DNA of 62,252 bases from a virus (Duplodnaviria > Caudoviricetes): positions 1 through 62,252 of the IMG/VR virus record IMGVR_UViG_3300036790_000814, one strand, 5' to 3'. The notes beneath the pieces are model-generated. The model made no database searches and was not told the DNA's origin. It saw nothing but the letters and a program-made list of their open reading frames with translations. Within the stretch, counting starts at the first letter, position 1, and each line of letters begins with the position of its first letter. Position numbers and translations under genes: made by a program. This document shows, piece after piece, positions 47,752-56,483 of this stretch.

Positions 47752-49650
47752 TTATCTCCCCCTTCCCCCCCTGTTCTGGCCGCGCTGCGCCTGTTTGGAT
47801 TGGGTCGGGCCGTCCGTAGTCTTCCCTTCGGCCCTGATCTTGTCGATCTTCTCGCGCATCGCGGGCGTGATGTGCCCGCGCTGTTCGTCCTTGCGCTCGT
47901 CGGCCTCAGCCGCCTTCGCCAACGTCTCGCGCGCGGCCGCCAGGTCGGCGCGGGTATGCTGCCCCTGCCCTCCCCGGTTGACCGCGCGCTCGGTCGCCAC
48001 ACCCTCATCGGCCGGTATCGTTCCTTGAGAGAGTTCCTCACGTGGCGCCTTCCGGGCCTCGTGGCCTTCCTGAAGCTTTTGGACCAATTGGGTAGGCAGG
48101 CCGGTGTTGGCCAAATCCTCGCGGAATTTTTCGACAACCCCCTCACGAACCTGTCTGGAAAGCTGCGTTCGGTATTCTCGCAGTTCCTCCGCGTAGCCCT
48201 CGCAGGCGTCGGCTTCCTGCACGGTGGCGATGGCGGACGGGTGATCCATGTTCCGCGTCGCGACCTGAGTGTAAGAGGCAATGCGCCGATCCGTTAGCGC
48301 CCGATATTCGTACCACTCGATATGCCGGTTGGTGCGCAGCAGTTCACGTTGAACGGGATCGGCTTCCTGTGCCTCCTGCCCCCGATACCAGTCTTGCTTT
48401 TCGGCGAAGGCCGCGTACTCGGCGCGCGCGGCGCTCGACAGTACAGTGTAGACATCGGCGGATGTGGTGGAAGCCGACAGCGCGGATGCGTAGCGCGAAT
48501 GCGCGTCGGCCGGTTCCCCGTTTCGCTCCAGCTCGGCGGTATGGCCGTCCCGCGTCCTCTTCCATCGTTCGGCCTCGCGGATCTCCGCCTCGCGCCTGGT
48601 CTCAAACGTCCTGAGTTCTTCGCCGCGCGTCAGTTGGTCCTGAATGAGCGCGGTGCGCTCCGCCCGCAGGTGATCGAGGCGTTCCTGCTGAAGCCGTACC
48701 TGCTTATCGTTGTCGTCGCCGGCCGGAATGTCGGGCCGCCCCGCGAGCCTCGGATCCGCTTCGCGCTTACGCTCGTCCTGGTCGTGTCCGGAGTCATCGC
48801 TCATCCCGCTCCCCTTCCCAGCTCTCTTGCGGCGCTCGTCTTCGAGGATGATGATTTCGGCAGTGAGTTTCGCCTGCTCGGCCTTCAGTTCATTTAGTTC
48901 AGCGTGGTGCCGCCGGTTGCGCGCTTTGACGGCCCGATTGTGCTCGCCGGTCGCCGTCGGCGCCCCGTCGAGCTCGGCCTGGTTCTGTTTGTTCCCCAGA
49001 TGCTTGGTCGGCTCAAGATCGATGCCCTGCTTGTCGTAGGTCTCGTGGGAAACCCGTTCACCGGATCCGATCAGCTCAAGGCGCTCGTTCAACACCGAGG
49101 CGAACATCTTCCGCTGCCAGATGGTTTCCTCAACCCGGGTTTTCTTGTCGGTGATCTCGCGCGCTTTCGCGCCGAACCCCTCCGGCCCGACGCGCCGCAT
49201 GTTGTAGCCGAGATGGATGTGCCAGTTCCGGTCGTCGCCGTGGTCGGTCGGCTTGTGAACCGCCCAAGTGACCATGACGCCATAGCGCTGGCTGATCTCC
49301 CGCGCCATGCGCTGCGCTACGTCGATATGGTCGCTCTCCGCAAACTCCCGCGAACTGGCAAGATTCCAGTGGTTGGCGACGTGGCTATTGATGCGCTTTT
49401 CAGAAGCCTCGACCGCGTTCCAGGCTTTGCCAAGCTGGTCATCATCGGTCAGGTAGGCCTGAGCACCAGACGGTGCGACTGTCCCCCAACCCGACACCTC
49501 ACCCGGATGGTTCCTCTTGCACCAGGTGCCGGTGCGTTCGTCCTTCAGGGTCTCGCCGGTCATGTAGGCCGCAAGGCCAACCGCCGACTTGCCTTCGCTC
49601 CGGCTCACGGCATCGATGTGGGCATGGTACCATGTCACGGGGACGGACAT
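47752..49650 (-). CDS. mobA: MOBQ (MobA/MobL) relaxase with long C-terminal extension
   Basis: YH.....SR..G.SAV..AAY (catalytic Tyr); WN.VE..EKR; AVH......RN.H.H (3H motif); PT.HLG; Arg-rich C-terminus. Confidence 0.92.
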   Translation of the reverse strand: MSVPVTWYHAHIDAVSRSEGKSAVGLAAYMTGETLKDERTGTWCKRNHPGEVSGWGTVAPSGAQAYLTDDDQLGKAWNAVEASEKRINSHVANHWNLASSREFAESDHIDVAQRMAREISQRYGVMVTWAVHKPTDHGDDRNWHIHLGYNMRRVGPEGFGAKAREITDKKTRVEETIWQRKMFASVLNERLELIGSGERVSHETYDKQGIDLEPTKHLGNKQNQAELDGAPTATGEHNRAVKARNRRHHAELNELKAEQAKLTAEIIILEDERRKRAGKGSGMSDDSGHDQDERKREADPRLAGRPDIPAGDDNDKQVRLQQERLDHLRAERTALIQDQLTRGEELRTFETRREAEIREAERWKRTRDGHTAELERNGEPADAHSRYASALSASTTSADVYTVLSSAARAEYAAFAEKQDWYRGQEAQEADPVQRELLRTNRHIEWYEYRALTDRRIASYTQVATRNMDHPSAIATVQEADACEGYAEELREYRTQLSRQVREGVVEKFREDLANTGLPTQLVQKLQEGHEARKAPREELSQGTIPADEGVATERAVNRGGQGQHTRADLAAARETLAKAAEADERKDEQRGHITPAMREKIDKIRAEGKTTDGPTQSKQAQRGQNRGGRGR

Positions 49651-49667
49651 TATTTGCTTCCTGCCTC

Positions 49668-49703
49668 TGCAAACGCGTGCGTTTGCAAAAGTGCGCTAAC
49701 CCT
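49668..49703 (+). other. MOBQ-type oriT: inverted repeat TGCAAACGC-GT-GCGTTTGCA followed by AAAGTGCG^CTAACCCT (predicted nic 49695/49696)
   Basis: Matches the RSF1010/MOBQ architecture IR + TAA(G/A)TGCG^CCCT; lies between divergent mobA and an accessory gene. Confidence 0.78.
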
Positions 49704-49817
49704 TCTACCGCCGCCTGCTTGCCTCTGCTCCATCGGCGGGCCTTTCCCCCGAACCATGGTTGCGCCATGATAACAGCGGCATCGCGGGAATGCACGACCA
49801 GAAAAGGGGGTGAGGAC

Positions 49818-50144
49818 GTGGGCGACACACTCGACCGGCTGACGAAGCTGAAGCAGAGGCAGGCGAAGCAGCTAGAAAAAGAGATTCAGGAAGCCACCAA
49901 GCGCAAGCAGTTGGAGAGCCGTATCCGCAGGGAAGAAGCGGCGCTGGCTTTGCGCCTCGCGGGTCTGCTGGGCGAGACGATACGGGACGCAACCCTGACA
50001 CCGGCGGAGCACGAAACCATTGCCGCGATTATCCGCCGCCGTGAGGGGCAGCCGCGGGATTGGGCGAAGGTGCTTGAGTGGTTGGAGGCTTCGGCTCCGA
50101 AGCCATTGCCGCAGGTGGTTACCGAAGCTATCCGGGCGGCCTGA
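49818..50144 (+). CDS. Probable relaxosome accessory protein (MobC/TraC-like coiled coil)
   Basis: Divergent from mobA across oriT; charged coiled coil; GAGGA RBS with GTG start. Confidence 0.55.
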   Translation: MGDTLDRLTKLKQRQAKQLEKEIQEATKRKQLESRIRREEAALALRLAGLLGETIRDATLTPAEHETIAAIIRRREGQPRDWAKVLEWLEASAPKPLPQVVTEAIRAA

Positions 50145-50349
50145 CGCACGGGTCAACGCCCTGCCATGAGTCTGGGCCGCCGCGTACGCCGCAGACCTGA
50201 CAGACAAGCTGCTGGTCATCCCATTGATGATCGGGCGGCGGTTCTGGGGGCTTCGACGGCGGCAGCTTTCCCCGCTTCCGCTTCTTCGCCATCCGGCGGA
50301 GATACTCCTTTCGGCTGACGGCAATGAAGTATTTGGGGCGGAGTTTCAT
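50128..50349 (-). CDS. Small basic Cys/His protein
   Basis: H.W......CQVCG........C. Confidence 0.5.
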   Translation of the reverse strand: MKLRPKYFIAVSRKEYLRRMAKKRKRGKLPPSKPPEPPPDHQWDDQQLVCQVCGVRGGPDSWQGVDPCVRPPG

Positions 50350-50355
50350 GTCGCC

Positions 50356-51033
50356 CTAGTCGCCCATATCCAACATAATCTGGTCTGGTTGGCGCTGCGC
50401 CTTTTCAATGCGAGCGCAGGCGATGTCGAAGTAGCGAGGCTCAATCTCGATTCCGACGAACGCTCTTCCTTTTCGCACGCAAGCAACGCCACATGTGCCG
50501 CTGCCCATGAACGGGTCGCACACCGTTTCCCCCTCGTCCGAAAACCAGTTCACCAGCCATTCCTGATGTATGAGGGCGCGGCTGCACGGATGGCCGTTCG
50601 GCGGCCTGTCGCCCGGCTGTGCTTTAGGTGAGACGCTTGGGATCACCCGACGTCCGGGGCTGCTTCTCACCGGCTTCCCGAAAACATAGGCCGTCTCGTT
50701 CCCGCCGAGAACGCGGCCGAGGTATCCCGGCATGACGTACTGGCACCATGCCATTTGCTGGAACGGAAGCCGGTCGGAGACGTGCCGCAGAACGCGCGGG
50801 TCGCTGTCGTTTCTCATGCACACTACGAGTTGCCGGAGTTCAGCCGGAAGGGACTGGCAGAAATCTGCAAACAGGCCGTCAGGATCTTCCCACCCCGCCA
50901 AAAGGCCAGTCGGACAGTTCGGCCAAACTGGGTCAGTGATGATCGCCTGTATGCCGGTCAGAACCTTCAAGAGATCGAGCGCGTCACCAAGATAGAGGGT
51001 GCAATTGCCGATAGTTTCCTTGTTGGGAGGCAC
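50356..51033 (-). CDS. Orphan beta-class DNA methyltransferase with variant motif IV (DPVW)
   Basis: TLYLGD; IITDPVW; HP; V.DPFMGSGT.GVA......F.GIE....YFDIAC.RI. Confidence 0.85.
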   Translation of the reverse strand: MPPNKETIGNCTLYLGDALDLLKVLTGIQAIITDPVWPNCPTGLLAGWEDPDGLFADFCQSLPAELRQLVVCMRNDSDPRVLRHVSDRLPFQQMAWCQYVMPGYLGRVLGGNETAYVFGKPVRSSPGRRVIPSVSPKAQPGDRPPNGHPCSRALIHQEWLVNWFSDEGETVCDPFMGSGTCGVACVRKGRAFVGIEIEPRYFDIACARIEKAQRQPDQIMLDMGD

Positions 51034-51071
51034 GTCACAGTCGCTCTCTCCCGCCTTGGCGGGTGTGGTGG

Positions 51072-51284
51072 TCAATCGGCTAGTAAAACCTCTGCATCTG
51101 GATTCAGGCGGCGGATCTCCGAAAGCACGGTTTCCGGCTTGACCTGTTCGGTGAACGCGGTCGGGATTCCGGTGGTGCCGAATAGCTCCTGTATCTCGGC
51201 GGCAAGGCGTCCGCGTCGATGGTAAGCCATCCAGCAATTGGCCTCGCACTTCAGCAGGATGTTCGGTGCCTTGCGTTCCGTCAC
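51072..51284 (-). CDS. Hypothetical protein (70 aa)
   Basis: LFGT..IPTAF motif; coupled ORF. Confidence 0.6.
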   Translation of the reverse strand: MTERKAPNILLKCEANCWMAYHRRGRLAAEIQELFGTTGIPTAFTEQVKPETVLSEIRRLNPDAEVLLAD

Positions 51285-51841
51285 GGATAGACCAGCGGCG
51301 TGAGTGTTCCCGGCAGGTAGAGCGGGTGCTCGGGCGTGCCACTAGCCAGCCGTAAATACCTCAGCTCGGCACCAGCATTTCTCAGCATCAGAATCACATC
51401 AGCAGCGCGCGCACGCAATGACAGGCTTGGCGGTTGGCCATACGCCAACACGACGATTTCAGACCGCGCAGCCATTGCAAGAATTGCCTCGTCGTTGCCC
51501 GGGCCGATAGGATCATCCGGATCACGAAGCCCAAATCTGTTTTGGTCAACATATGCGTGCATGTTGCCGACCAGTTGGCCGCCGTATTGCCATCTGCGAG
51601 CGAAGTTGCCGGTTCGTGTCAGAGTCCTATCGGCGTGCTCAACACACGCCACTGACGGGTTCATCATCAGGAACATCACTAGGGGCCTCGTGGCATCCCA
51701 TATTTCCGACAGCTCATAGCGATAGAGTCCGCATTCGGAAAACCTGGGGGTTACCACAGAGTCATTCGGCCACCGCGGGGGAGGTCGCCTACGTCGAGGC
51801 GCTGCACCCAATAAGTCGGCGGCGGTCGGTATGGTTGTCAT
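51281..51841 (-). CDS. DUF1643-family protein
   Basis: FS.CG.YRY.L...W.......F.M.NPS.A....D.T.......W.YGG....N...P.HPLY. Confidence 0.85.
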   Translation of the reverse strand: MTTIPTAADLLGAAPRRRRPPPRWPNDSVVTPRFSECGLYRYELSEIWDATRPLVMFLMMNPSVACVEHADRTLTRTGNFARRWQYGGQLVGNMHAYVDQNRFGLRDPDDPIGPGNDEAILAMAARSEIVVLAYGQPPSLSLRARAADVILMLRNAGAELRYLRLASGTPEHPLYLPGTLTPLVYP

Positions 51842-52056
51842 CGCCATCCTGGTGGTGGTCCTTCCGACAGGATCAGCCGGGCTAGGCCCTCGTTCGCCCC
51901 TCCGGCGCTCGACATGGCGGACTTTTCCCAGCCTTTGGCGCTGCGAACGATAATCATCCGACCGTCGACCGCGTAGCTGCCGAGCTTCTCCATGGTGTCC
52001 CTATCCACCACGTCATTCCAGTAAAGCGGCTCCGTGCGCTTCGGTCTTCTGGCCAT
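51838..52056 (-). CDS. Hypothetical protein (72 aa)
   Basis: GGAGG RBS; ATGA coupling. Confidence 0.6.
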   Translation of the reverse strand: MARRPKRTEPLYWNDVVDRDTMEKLGSYAVDGRMIIVRSAKGWEKSAMSSAGGANEGLARLILSEGPPPGWR

Positions 52057-52084
52057 GTGGTTGCCTCCGAGTCATGTCGGATAT

Positions 52085-52303
52085 TTAGCACAGAATCGTC
52101 TCGCCGGTTCGGTCGCGAACGTATTCCCCCGAACCTCCGCACCACTCGCACGCGACCTGAACTTGCTTTGGTTCTGCGCAGTCGCCTCGGCACTCACCAC
52201 CTTTGGTCAGATTCCCGCAACACCGTGGTTGGATATCGATCTGGAAACCGCTGCCGTCACACTCGGGGCAGGGCGGGGGTTCGGTGGTTCGTGTATCGGT
52301 CAT
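52085..52303 (-). CDS. Small CxxCxGxG zinc-finger protein
   Basis: CPECDGSG...CEWCGGSG. Confidence 0.6.
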   Translation of the reverse strand: MTDTRTTEPPPCPECDGSGFQIDIQPRCCGNLTKGGECRGDCAEPKQVQVACEWCGGSGEYVRDRTGETILC

Positions 52304-52444
52304 GGCTCTCCTTGCTGTGGGGTTAGTCGAATAGGCTTAGCTGGCCGCGTGGCGCTGCTGGTGGCTGCGCGTCGAGGCGTCTGGGTGATGGCCCGAACCG
52401 GCCTCGGCTCACCTGGCACAATCTCTGCGCGATCTGGTGGCATA

Positions 52445-53371
52445 TCAGTATTCCAGATTTCCGGCGGCAAACTGCTTGGCCCAAAATACGGCGGCGTTCG
52501 TGGCCTTCCGCTGCCATGCGCCAAAGCGGGGACTCCAATGCCAGCCCGCGCCTTTCAGAGTGACTCTGGTCTGCTCGTCCGGCTTGCCGTCAAAGAAAAT
52601 CTGAATCCGGTCTGCGTCGTGGTTGGCGACGACGCGAAGCCCTTCCTTGGCAACAATCTCAACCTCACCGGTCGGCTTGTTCGCGACGGCTTCGGCGGCG
52701 GTCTGCTCAAGGCTCCATGCCGAATGTGAAGGCATGAATATCGGCTTTGCCATGCTGGTTTGCTGCTCGCGGATGAAAGACAGCCCGCGCCGGACAAGTT
52801 CCCGCTCCCCGTTCGCGGCCAGCCGTTTCAGCTTTCCGGCCAAGCTGTTGACAAAGGCCGAACGGGTATAGGGCTTGGTTCCGTCGTCGATGGCCTTGAT
52901 AACGCCGATATCGCGGGCAAAATCGTGCTGTAGCTTGCGCCAGTCGTCTGTTGTCATCTGTTCCGGTGTGCGGGCGTCGAGGATGGCTTTTGCGGCGACG
53001 TCCTGCGCCCGCGCGTTCCACGCCTGAAACTCGGCGCGGCGGCGGTCAACTGTCTCGCCGCGCTTTCGATTGCTCTCGGTCGGGAATCTGGCGGGGCCGA
53101 CGATGAAAGCCGAAGCCGTCCGCGTCATGGCGTGCCAGATCGCGGTTTGATGCTCAGCATAGTTTCGCTGATAGCGTTCGACGTGTTCGGGGATAAGCGC
53201 CCGCTGCGCGTCCGTTTTTGCCAGTGTCTCCATTTTCTGCCGCAACCCTTCCACGGCTTCGTGGAAAAATCCAATGTCCCCATCGGCTCTGCGTTCGGGG
53301 AAATGGCTGAGATTAGCATAGGCCCGAATGGCAAGATCGCGGTCGAGGTGGGCAGGCAAAGCAGTCGTCAT
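52445..53371 (-). CDS. DUF3560-like/polyvalent-protein domain protein
   Basis: S.FPE.R; ASA.I.GPARFP...N.K; N...DRIQIFFDGKPD...R..LK..GW.WSP..GAWQR. Confidence 0.65.
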   Translation of the reverse strand: MTTALPAHLDRDLAIRAYANLSHFPERRADGDIGFFHEAVEGLRQKMETLAKTDAQRALIPEHVERYQRNYAEHQTAIWHAMTRTASAFIVGPARFPTESNRKRGETVDRRRAEFQAWNARAQDVAAKAILDARTPEQMTTDDWRKLQHDFARDIGVIKAIDDGTKPYTRSAFVNSLAGKLKRLAANGERELVRRGLSFIREQQTSMAKPIFMPSHSAWSLEQTAAEAVANKPTGEVEIVAKEGLRVVANHDADRIQIFFDGKPDEQTRVTLKGAGWHWSPRFGAWQRKATNAAVFWAKQFAAGNLEY

Positions 53372-53388
53372 AGTCTAGCTTTCCCCGG

Positions 53389-53712
53389 TCAAGCCGGTGC
53401 AAAGGTGTGCTTTCTAGCTTTCTGCTGTTTCCCTCGAATCAGCCGTTCATAAGCGGCATCAATGCTCACGTCCGGCGCGATGGATACACCGCTGGTAGAA
53501 ATGCCGCCGCGTGCGGAGGGGAGGGCGGGGATTCTGGATGTCGCCCGCTCTGCGGCCCCAATCCATGCGTCAATCTTGTTGGGATCGAACGTCCAGACAC
53601 CTCCGAGCTTGGCGGCTCCGGGTATCTTGCCTAATGCGGCGAGAGATTGAACCTGTCGAAGCGATAGGCTTGTCCGATTTACAACATCTGTGGGGCGGAT
53701 GCGGTCACTCAC
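53389..53712 (-). CDS. Excisionase-like HTH protein
   Basis: LS.RQVQ.LA..GKIPGA.K.G..W.FD...I.AWI. Confidence 0.7.
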   Translation of the reverse strand: MSDRIRPTDVVNRTSLSLRQVQSLAALGKIPGAAKLGGVWTFDPNKIDAWIGAAERATSRIPALPSARGGISTSGVSIAPDVSIDAAYERLIRGKQQKARKHTFAPA

Positions 53713-53797
53713 GAAATCCTTTGCTTTCTCCCCATAATGGGGGCCGGTTTAATAATCAGATTCTAGTTATCCCACGCCATGAAACAAGCAAAATCAT

Positions 53798-53812
53798 GGC
53801 AACATTGTTGCT
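53798..53812. promoter_or_regulatory. Palindromic operator-like site, copy 3 (GGCAACATTGTTGCT)
   Basis: Same 13-bp core; 86 bp upstream of the excisionase-like gene. Confidence 0.8.
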
Positions 53813-53814
53813 AT

Positions 53815-53973
53815 TTATTGCGGGGCTGGCGGCTTCCATTCCCTCGGCGTTGGATTCCTGTTCCATGACCATCTGGCAATATCGGAAAGCTGATTCCATG
53901 AGGGCCGGACTGCGCCATCCTGATACGTCGGCTTTCGGCGGCAATCTTCCTCGTAGGCGTCCCGTCCGGTCAG
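53815..53973 (-). CDS. Small hypothetical protein (TGRDAYEEDCRRKPTYQDG...; start uncertain, CTG)
   Basis: Protein-like frame coupled to the stop of the upstream gene. Confidence 0.4.
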   Translation of the reverse strand: MTGRDAYEEDCRRKPTYQDGAVRPSWNQLSDIARWSWNRNPTPREWKPPAPQ

Positions 53974-54197
53974 AGCTCGATTCCCCGAAGCCGATACGGA
54001 ACACCCTGATTGATTCGATCGACCATGCCACGGCGGAACTGTTCCATGACTTCCCTGCCGGAGCATGACCACCAGCATGTCAAGCCATGCTTGAACACCA
54101 TATCGGGATTCGCCTTCGCCAGCTTGATCGCTTGAACGTAGGCTGCGAGGGTGACGGTGCGGTTGATGGCGGGAAGGGTGATGGTGCGGGTAGGCAT
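53970..54197 (-). CDS. Hypothetical protein (75 aa)
   Basis: GGAG RBS; MPTRTITLPAINR. Confidence 0.6.
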   Translation of the reverse strand: MPTRTITLPAINRTVTLAAYVQAIKLAKANPDMVFKHGLTCWWSCSGREVMEQFRRGMVDRINQGVPYRLRGIEL

Positions 54198-54234
54198 GGA
54201 TGGTTGATTTCTCCCGCTGGTGCGGGGTTTGGGG

Positions 54235-54753
54235 TTAGCAAATCTCGAATCCACCGCAGTCCTCAAGGAAGACGGCAAATCCTTCGATATTCTCAATGTT
54301 GATGTGGTATCCCGCCGCCCATGGCTCTTTGTCACCGCGTCCATCACAGCCATTGCACCAACCAACTTGCCCGTTGCGCGGGTGACCGTCCTCCTCAATT
54401 TTTCTGGTGTCCTGTCCGGCTTTCTTGCCTATCGCATCAGACCTTACGCCTGAACCGTTGCACAGTGGGCAGGTTTCGCGCGGGAGACCGGCGAGGGCGC
54501 TTGCTCTTTTGTCGATGTAGGCTTCCGCCGCGCCGCTTGCGATGCTCTGCCGCAGATGCGCCGCCAAATTCTTGGATGTCGCGGCGTCCAGCCCATCACC
54601 ATCATTCAAATGCCAGTGCTCGCAACGCGATGTAAGGTCATCGGGTGCGGTATCGAGGATGAAATCGGCAAGCGGACGCCACCACCATACATTGTTCCGA
54701 AAATACTTGCCCTTCTCCGATGTCGGAGCTTTCCCGTAAACGTCCATCCCCAT
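54235..54753 (-). CDS. Phage-type protein with CxxCxGxG insert
   Basis: MGMDVYG...G.YFRNNVWWWRPL...NDG.GL...FL..CGGFEI; GGAG RBS. Confidence 0.7.
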   Translation of the reverse strand: MGMDVYGKAPTSEKGKYFRNNVWWWRPLADFILDTAPDDLTSRCEHWHLNDGDGLDAATSKNLAAHLRQSIASGAAEAYIDKRASALAGLPRETCPLCNGSGVRSDAIGKKAGQDTRKIEEDGHPRNGQVGWCNGCDGRGDKEPWAAGYHINIENIEGFAVFLEDCGGFEIC

Positions 54754-55134
54754 GATACGCACTTTCTCCGGCTTGCCGCCGGTCTTGGTTGTCGGCCCTG
54801 TCGGGCGGGTGACGGTTGCTCTCCACCGACAAGTCACACACCATAGGGAACATCGGAAGGACGATCCCCCGCGCATGTGTCGCGCTGCGTTTAGATGGGC
54901 GGTGGCTCCTTCATCCATTCCGTCGATCTTGAATGACCGCTACCTTGACGCCGTGAGGCCCAAGGGCCGCATCACCCCGCTGTTGTTCGGGTTTTATGGG
55001 TTTCCCTTGCAATCCCACCCCTTGCGGGGACGGTGGGTTACCACCATCGGCCACAGTTTCCCGTGAACCTCTCCATCTTGGTTTAACGAGCCGGAAGGAT
55101 ACGCTGCTCGACTCCCTCGCGGGAATTTCTTGGC

Positions 55135-55245
55135 TCAATTCCCCAACAGGATAAACAGGGCCAGCACCACACCGGCGATGAAGCTGGCGATGGCAAGCAA
55201 AACCATCTGGGCGCGGGTGAAGGTGTGGGGTGTGGGTTCGGTCAT
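55135..55245 (-). CDS. 36-aa single-TM peptide (MTEPTPHTFTRAQMVLLAIASFIAGVVLALFILLGN)
   Basis: Translated by hand; ATGA coupled to the 55242-55514 gene. Confidence 0.5.
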   Translation of the reverse strand: MTEPTPHTFTRAQMVLLAIASFIAGVVLALFILLGN

Positions 55246-55514
55246 GCTGCACCTTCCACCGAGAACCGAACCGCGTCTTGTCCTCTGGCATTGAGAAAGG
55301 TGGTGCCGAGATCGCCGTGGATGTTCACGGCCCGGACGATCAAGGCAGCTCTGGCGGCGGCTTCTGCCCGGTGTTCATCTAAACCCGTCTTCGCATAAAC
55401 TACGCAGAAGTACGTCTTTCCGCCATCTGCGCTTATGTGGTGCCTCATGCCGCTGGCTGTCGGCTCCGGCGGTATCACGCTCCACGGAATCGGTGTGTGT
55501 GTTGTCTCGCTCAT
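55242..55514 (-). CDS. Phage early protein (HTP.PW...A.LIVRAVN type)
   Basis: Motif recalled from small temperate-phage early proteins. Confidence 0.6.
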   Translation of the reverse strand: MSETTHTPIPWSVIPPEPTASGMRHHISADGGKTYFCVVYAKTGLDEHRAEAAARAALIVRAVNIHGDLGTTFLNARGQDAVRFSVEGAA

Positions 55515-55723
55515 GCGGCCGCCCCAAACTGCCCGTGTTCGGCCATGATCTCATCAACCGCGTCTTGGTCGATCTCCGCATCTCCGCCGCAATCCGAGCA
55601 TGCCTTGGGGCCGTCCGCTTCTTCAATCGGTCGCCAGCAAATGGCACAGACGTAGCCGCCCTCGATCTCGTCTGGCGTTGGCTCCGGCATGAACCCCGCG
55701 TATTTCTCCTTGGCGCTACCCAT
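55511..55723 (-). CDS. Small acidic Zn-ribbon protein
   Basis: CAIC...CSDC; GGAGG RBS. Confidence 0.6.
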   Translation of the reverse strand: MGSAKEKYAGFMPEPTPDEIEGGYVCAICWRPIEEADGPKACSDCGGDAEIDQDAVDEIMAEHGQFGAAA

Positions 55724-55724
55724 G

Positions 55725-56099
55725 TCACGCCCTCCCGCTGCAGCGAGAGCGCAGACCGTCGCGGTTCTTCACGTACCAGCTTTCGGCCTCGATCAGCCGG
55801 TCATAGAGAAGCTCCGCCGTCTTGGCGCAGTTGTAGGCTCCCTGCGGCGGCAACACGCAGCGTTCGCGTTTGGCTTCTTCGACGGTGTGCAGCTTGGGCA
55901 TGATCGCATACGGGTGATTGCCTTCATTCCAGCCGTGATATTCGATGAAGAAATGCTCGGTTTCGGCTTTGCTGATCGTGTTGCTCTGCTCGGCCACGTC
56001 TTGCAGGGATACCGGCTCGCCAGTGCGGGCCGCGTCCATCACGCCATTGCAAAAGGCGTCAAGCTTCTCCGGTGTGGTGCAGTCGATAATTAATGTCAT
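55725..56099 (-). CDS. Hypothetical protein (124 aa)
   Basis: ATG at 56099 after GGGGA; first gene below the 56175 palindrome. Confidence 0.6.
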   Translation of the reverse strand: MTLIIDCTTPEKLDAFCNGVMDAARTGEPVSLQDVAEQSNTISKAETEHFFIEYHGWNEGNHPYAIMPKLHTVEEAKRERCVLPPQGAYNCAKTAELLYDRLIEAESWYVKNRDGLRSRCSGRA

Positions 56100-56174
56100 G
56101 GCATCCCCGCTAAGATGAAGTGAATTGAATGAATGTAGGATACCAATATATTGGGGTAGTGCAATATAAATCAG

Positions 56175-56189
56175 AGCAACATTGTTGCT
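56175..56189. promoter_or_regulatory. Palindromic operator-like site, copy 4
   Basis: AGCAACATTGTTGCT in AT-rich intergenic DNA. Confidence 0.8.
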
Positions 56190-56246
56190 ATTATTTGAAC
56201 GACGGTAGGAGTAATCTACCTGTGCATGTGAATCGTGCTGGATAAC

Positions 56247-56282
56247 AAAAACCCCGCCTTCTGAGGGGCGGGGCTTCTGTTT
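56247..56282 (-). terminator. Intrinsic terminator downstream of the parB-like gene
   Basis: AAAA-CCCCGCCTTC-TGA-GGGGCGGGG hairpin; U-tract on the minus strand. Confidence 0.7.
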
Positions 56283-56483
56283 GGTCAACCGGACACGGCC
56301 ACAGCTTACCCTGCTTGCATGCTTGGTGGAAGCTAATTCGGTGTGGCACTCTCTCCACCCGTCACGCCTAATAAGAGGTGGCGTTCCCCCTGCACGGTCC
56401 GCCCCGTGCGGCCTAGTAGGACGTCATCGCTTCTTGGACTATAGCGCCCGCGAAGCTCCGTCCGTTCGCTATGGGATTCCTTG

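Noticed and set aside
46200-49650. Self-transmissible ICE
   Set aside because: No VirB4, VirB2 or other mating-pair genes in the window, so it is at most mobilisable
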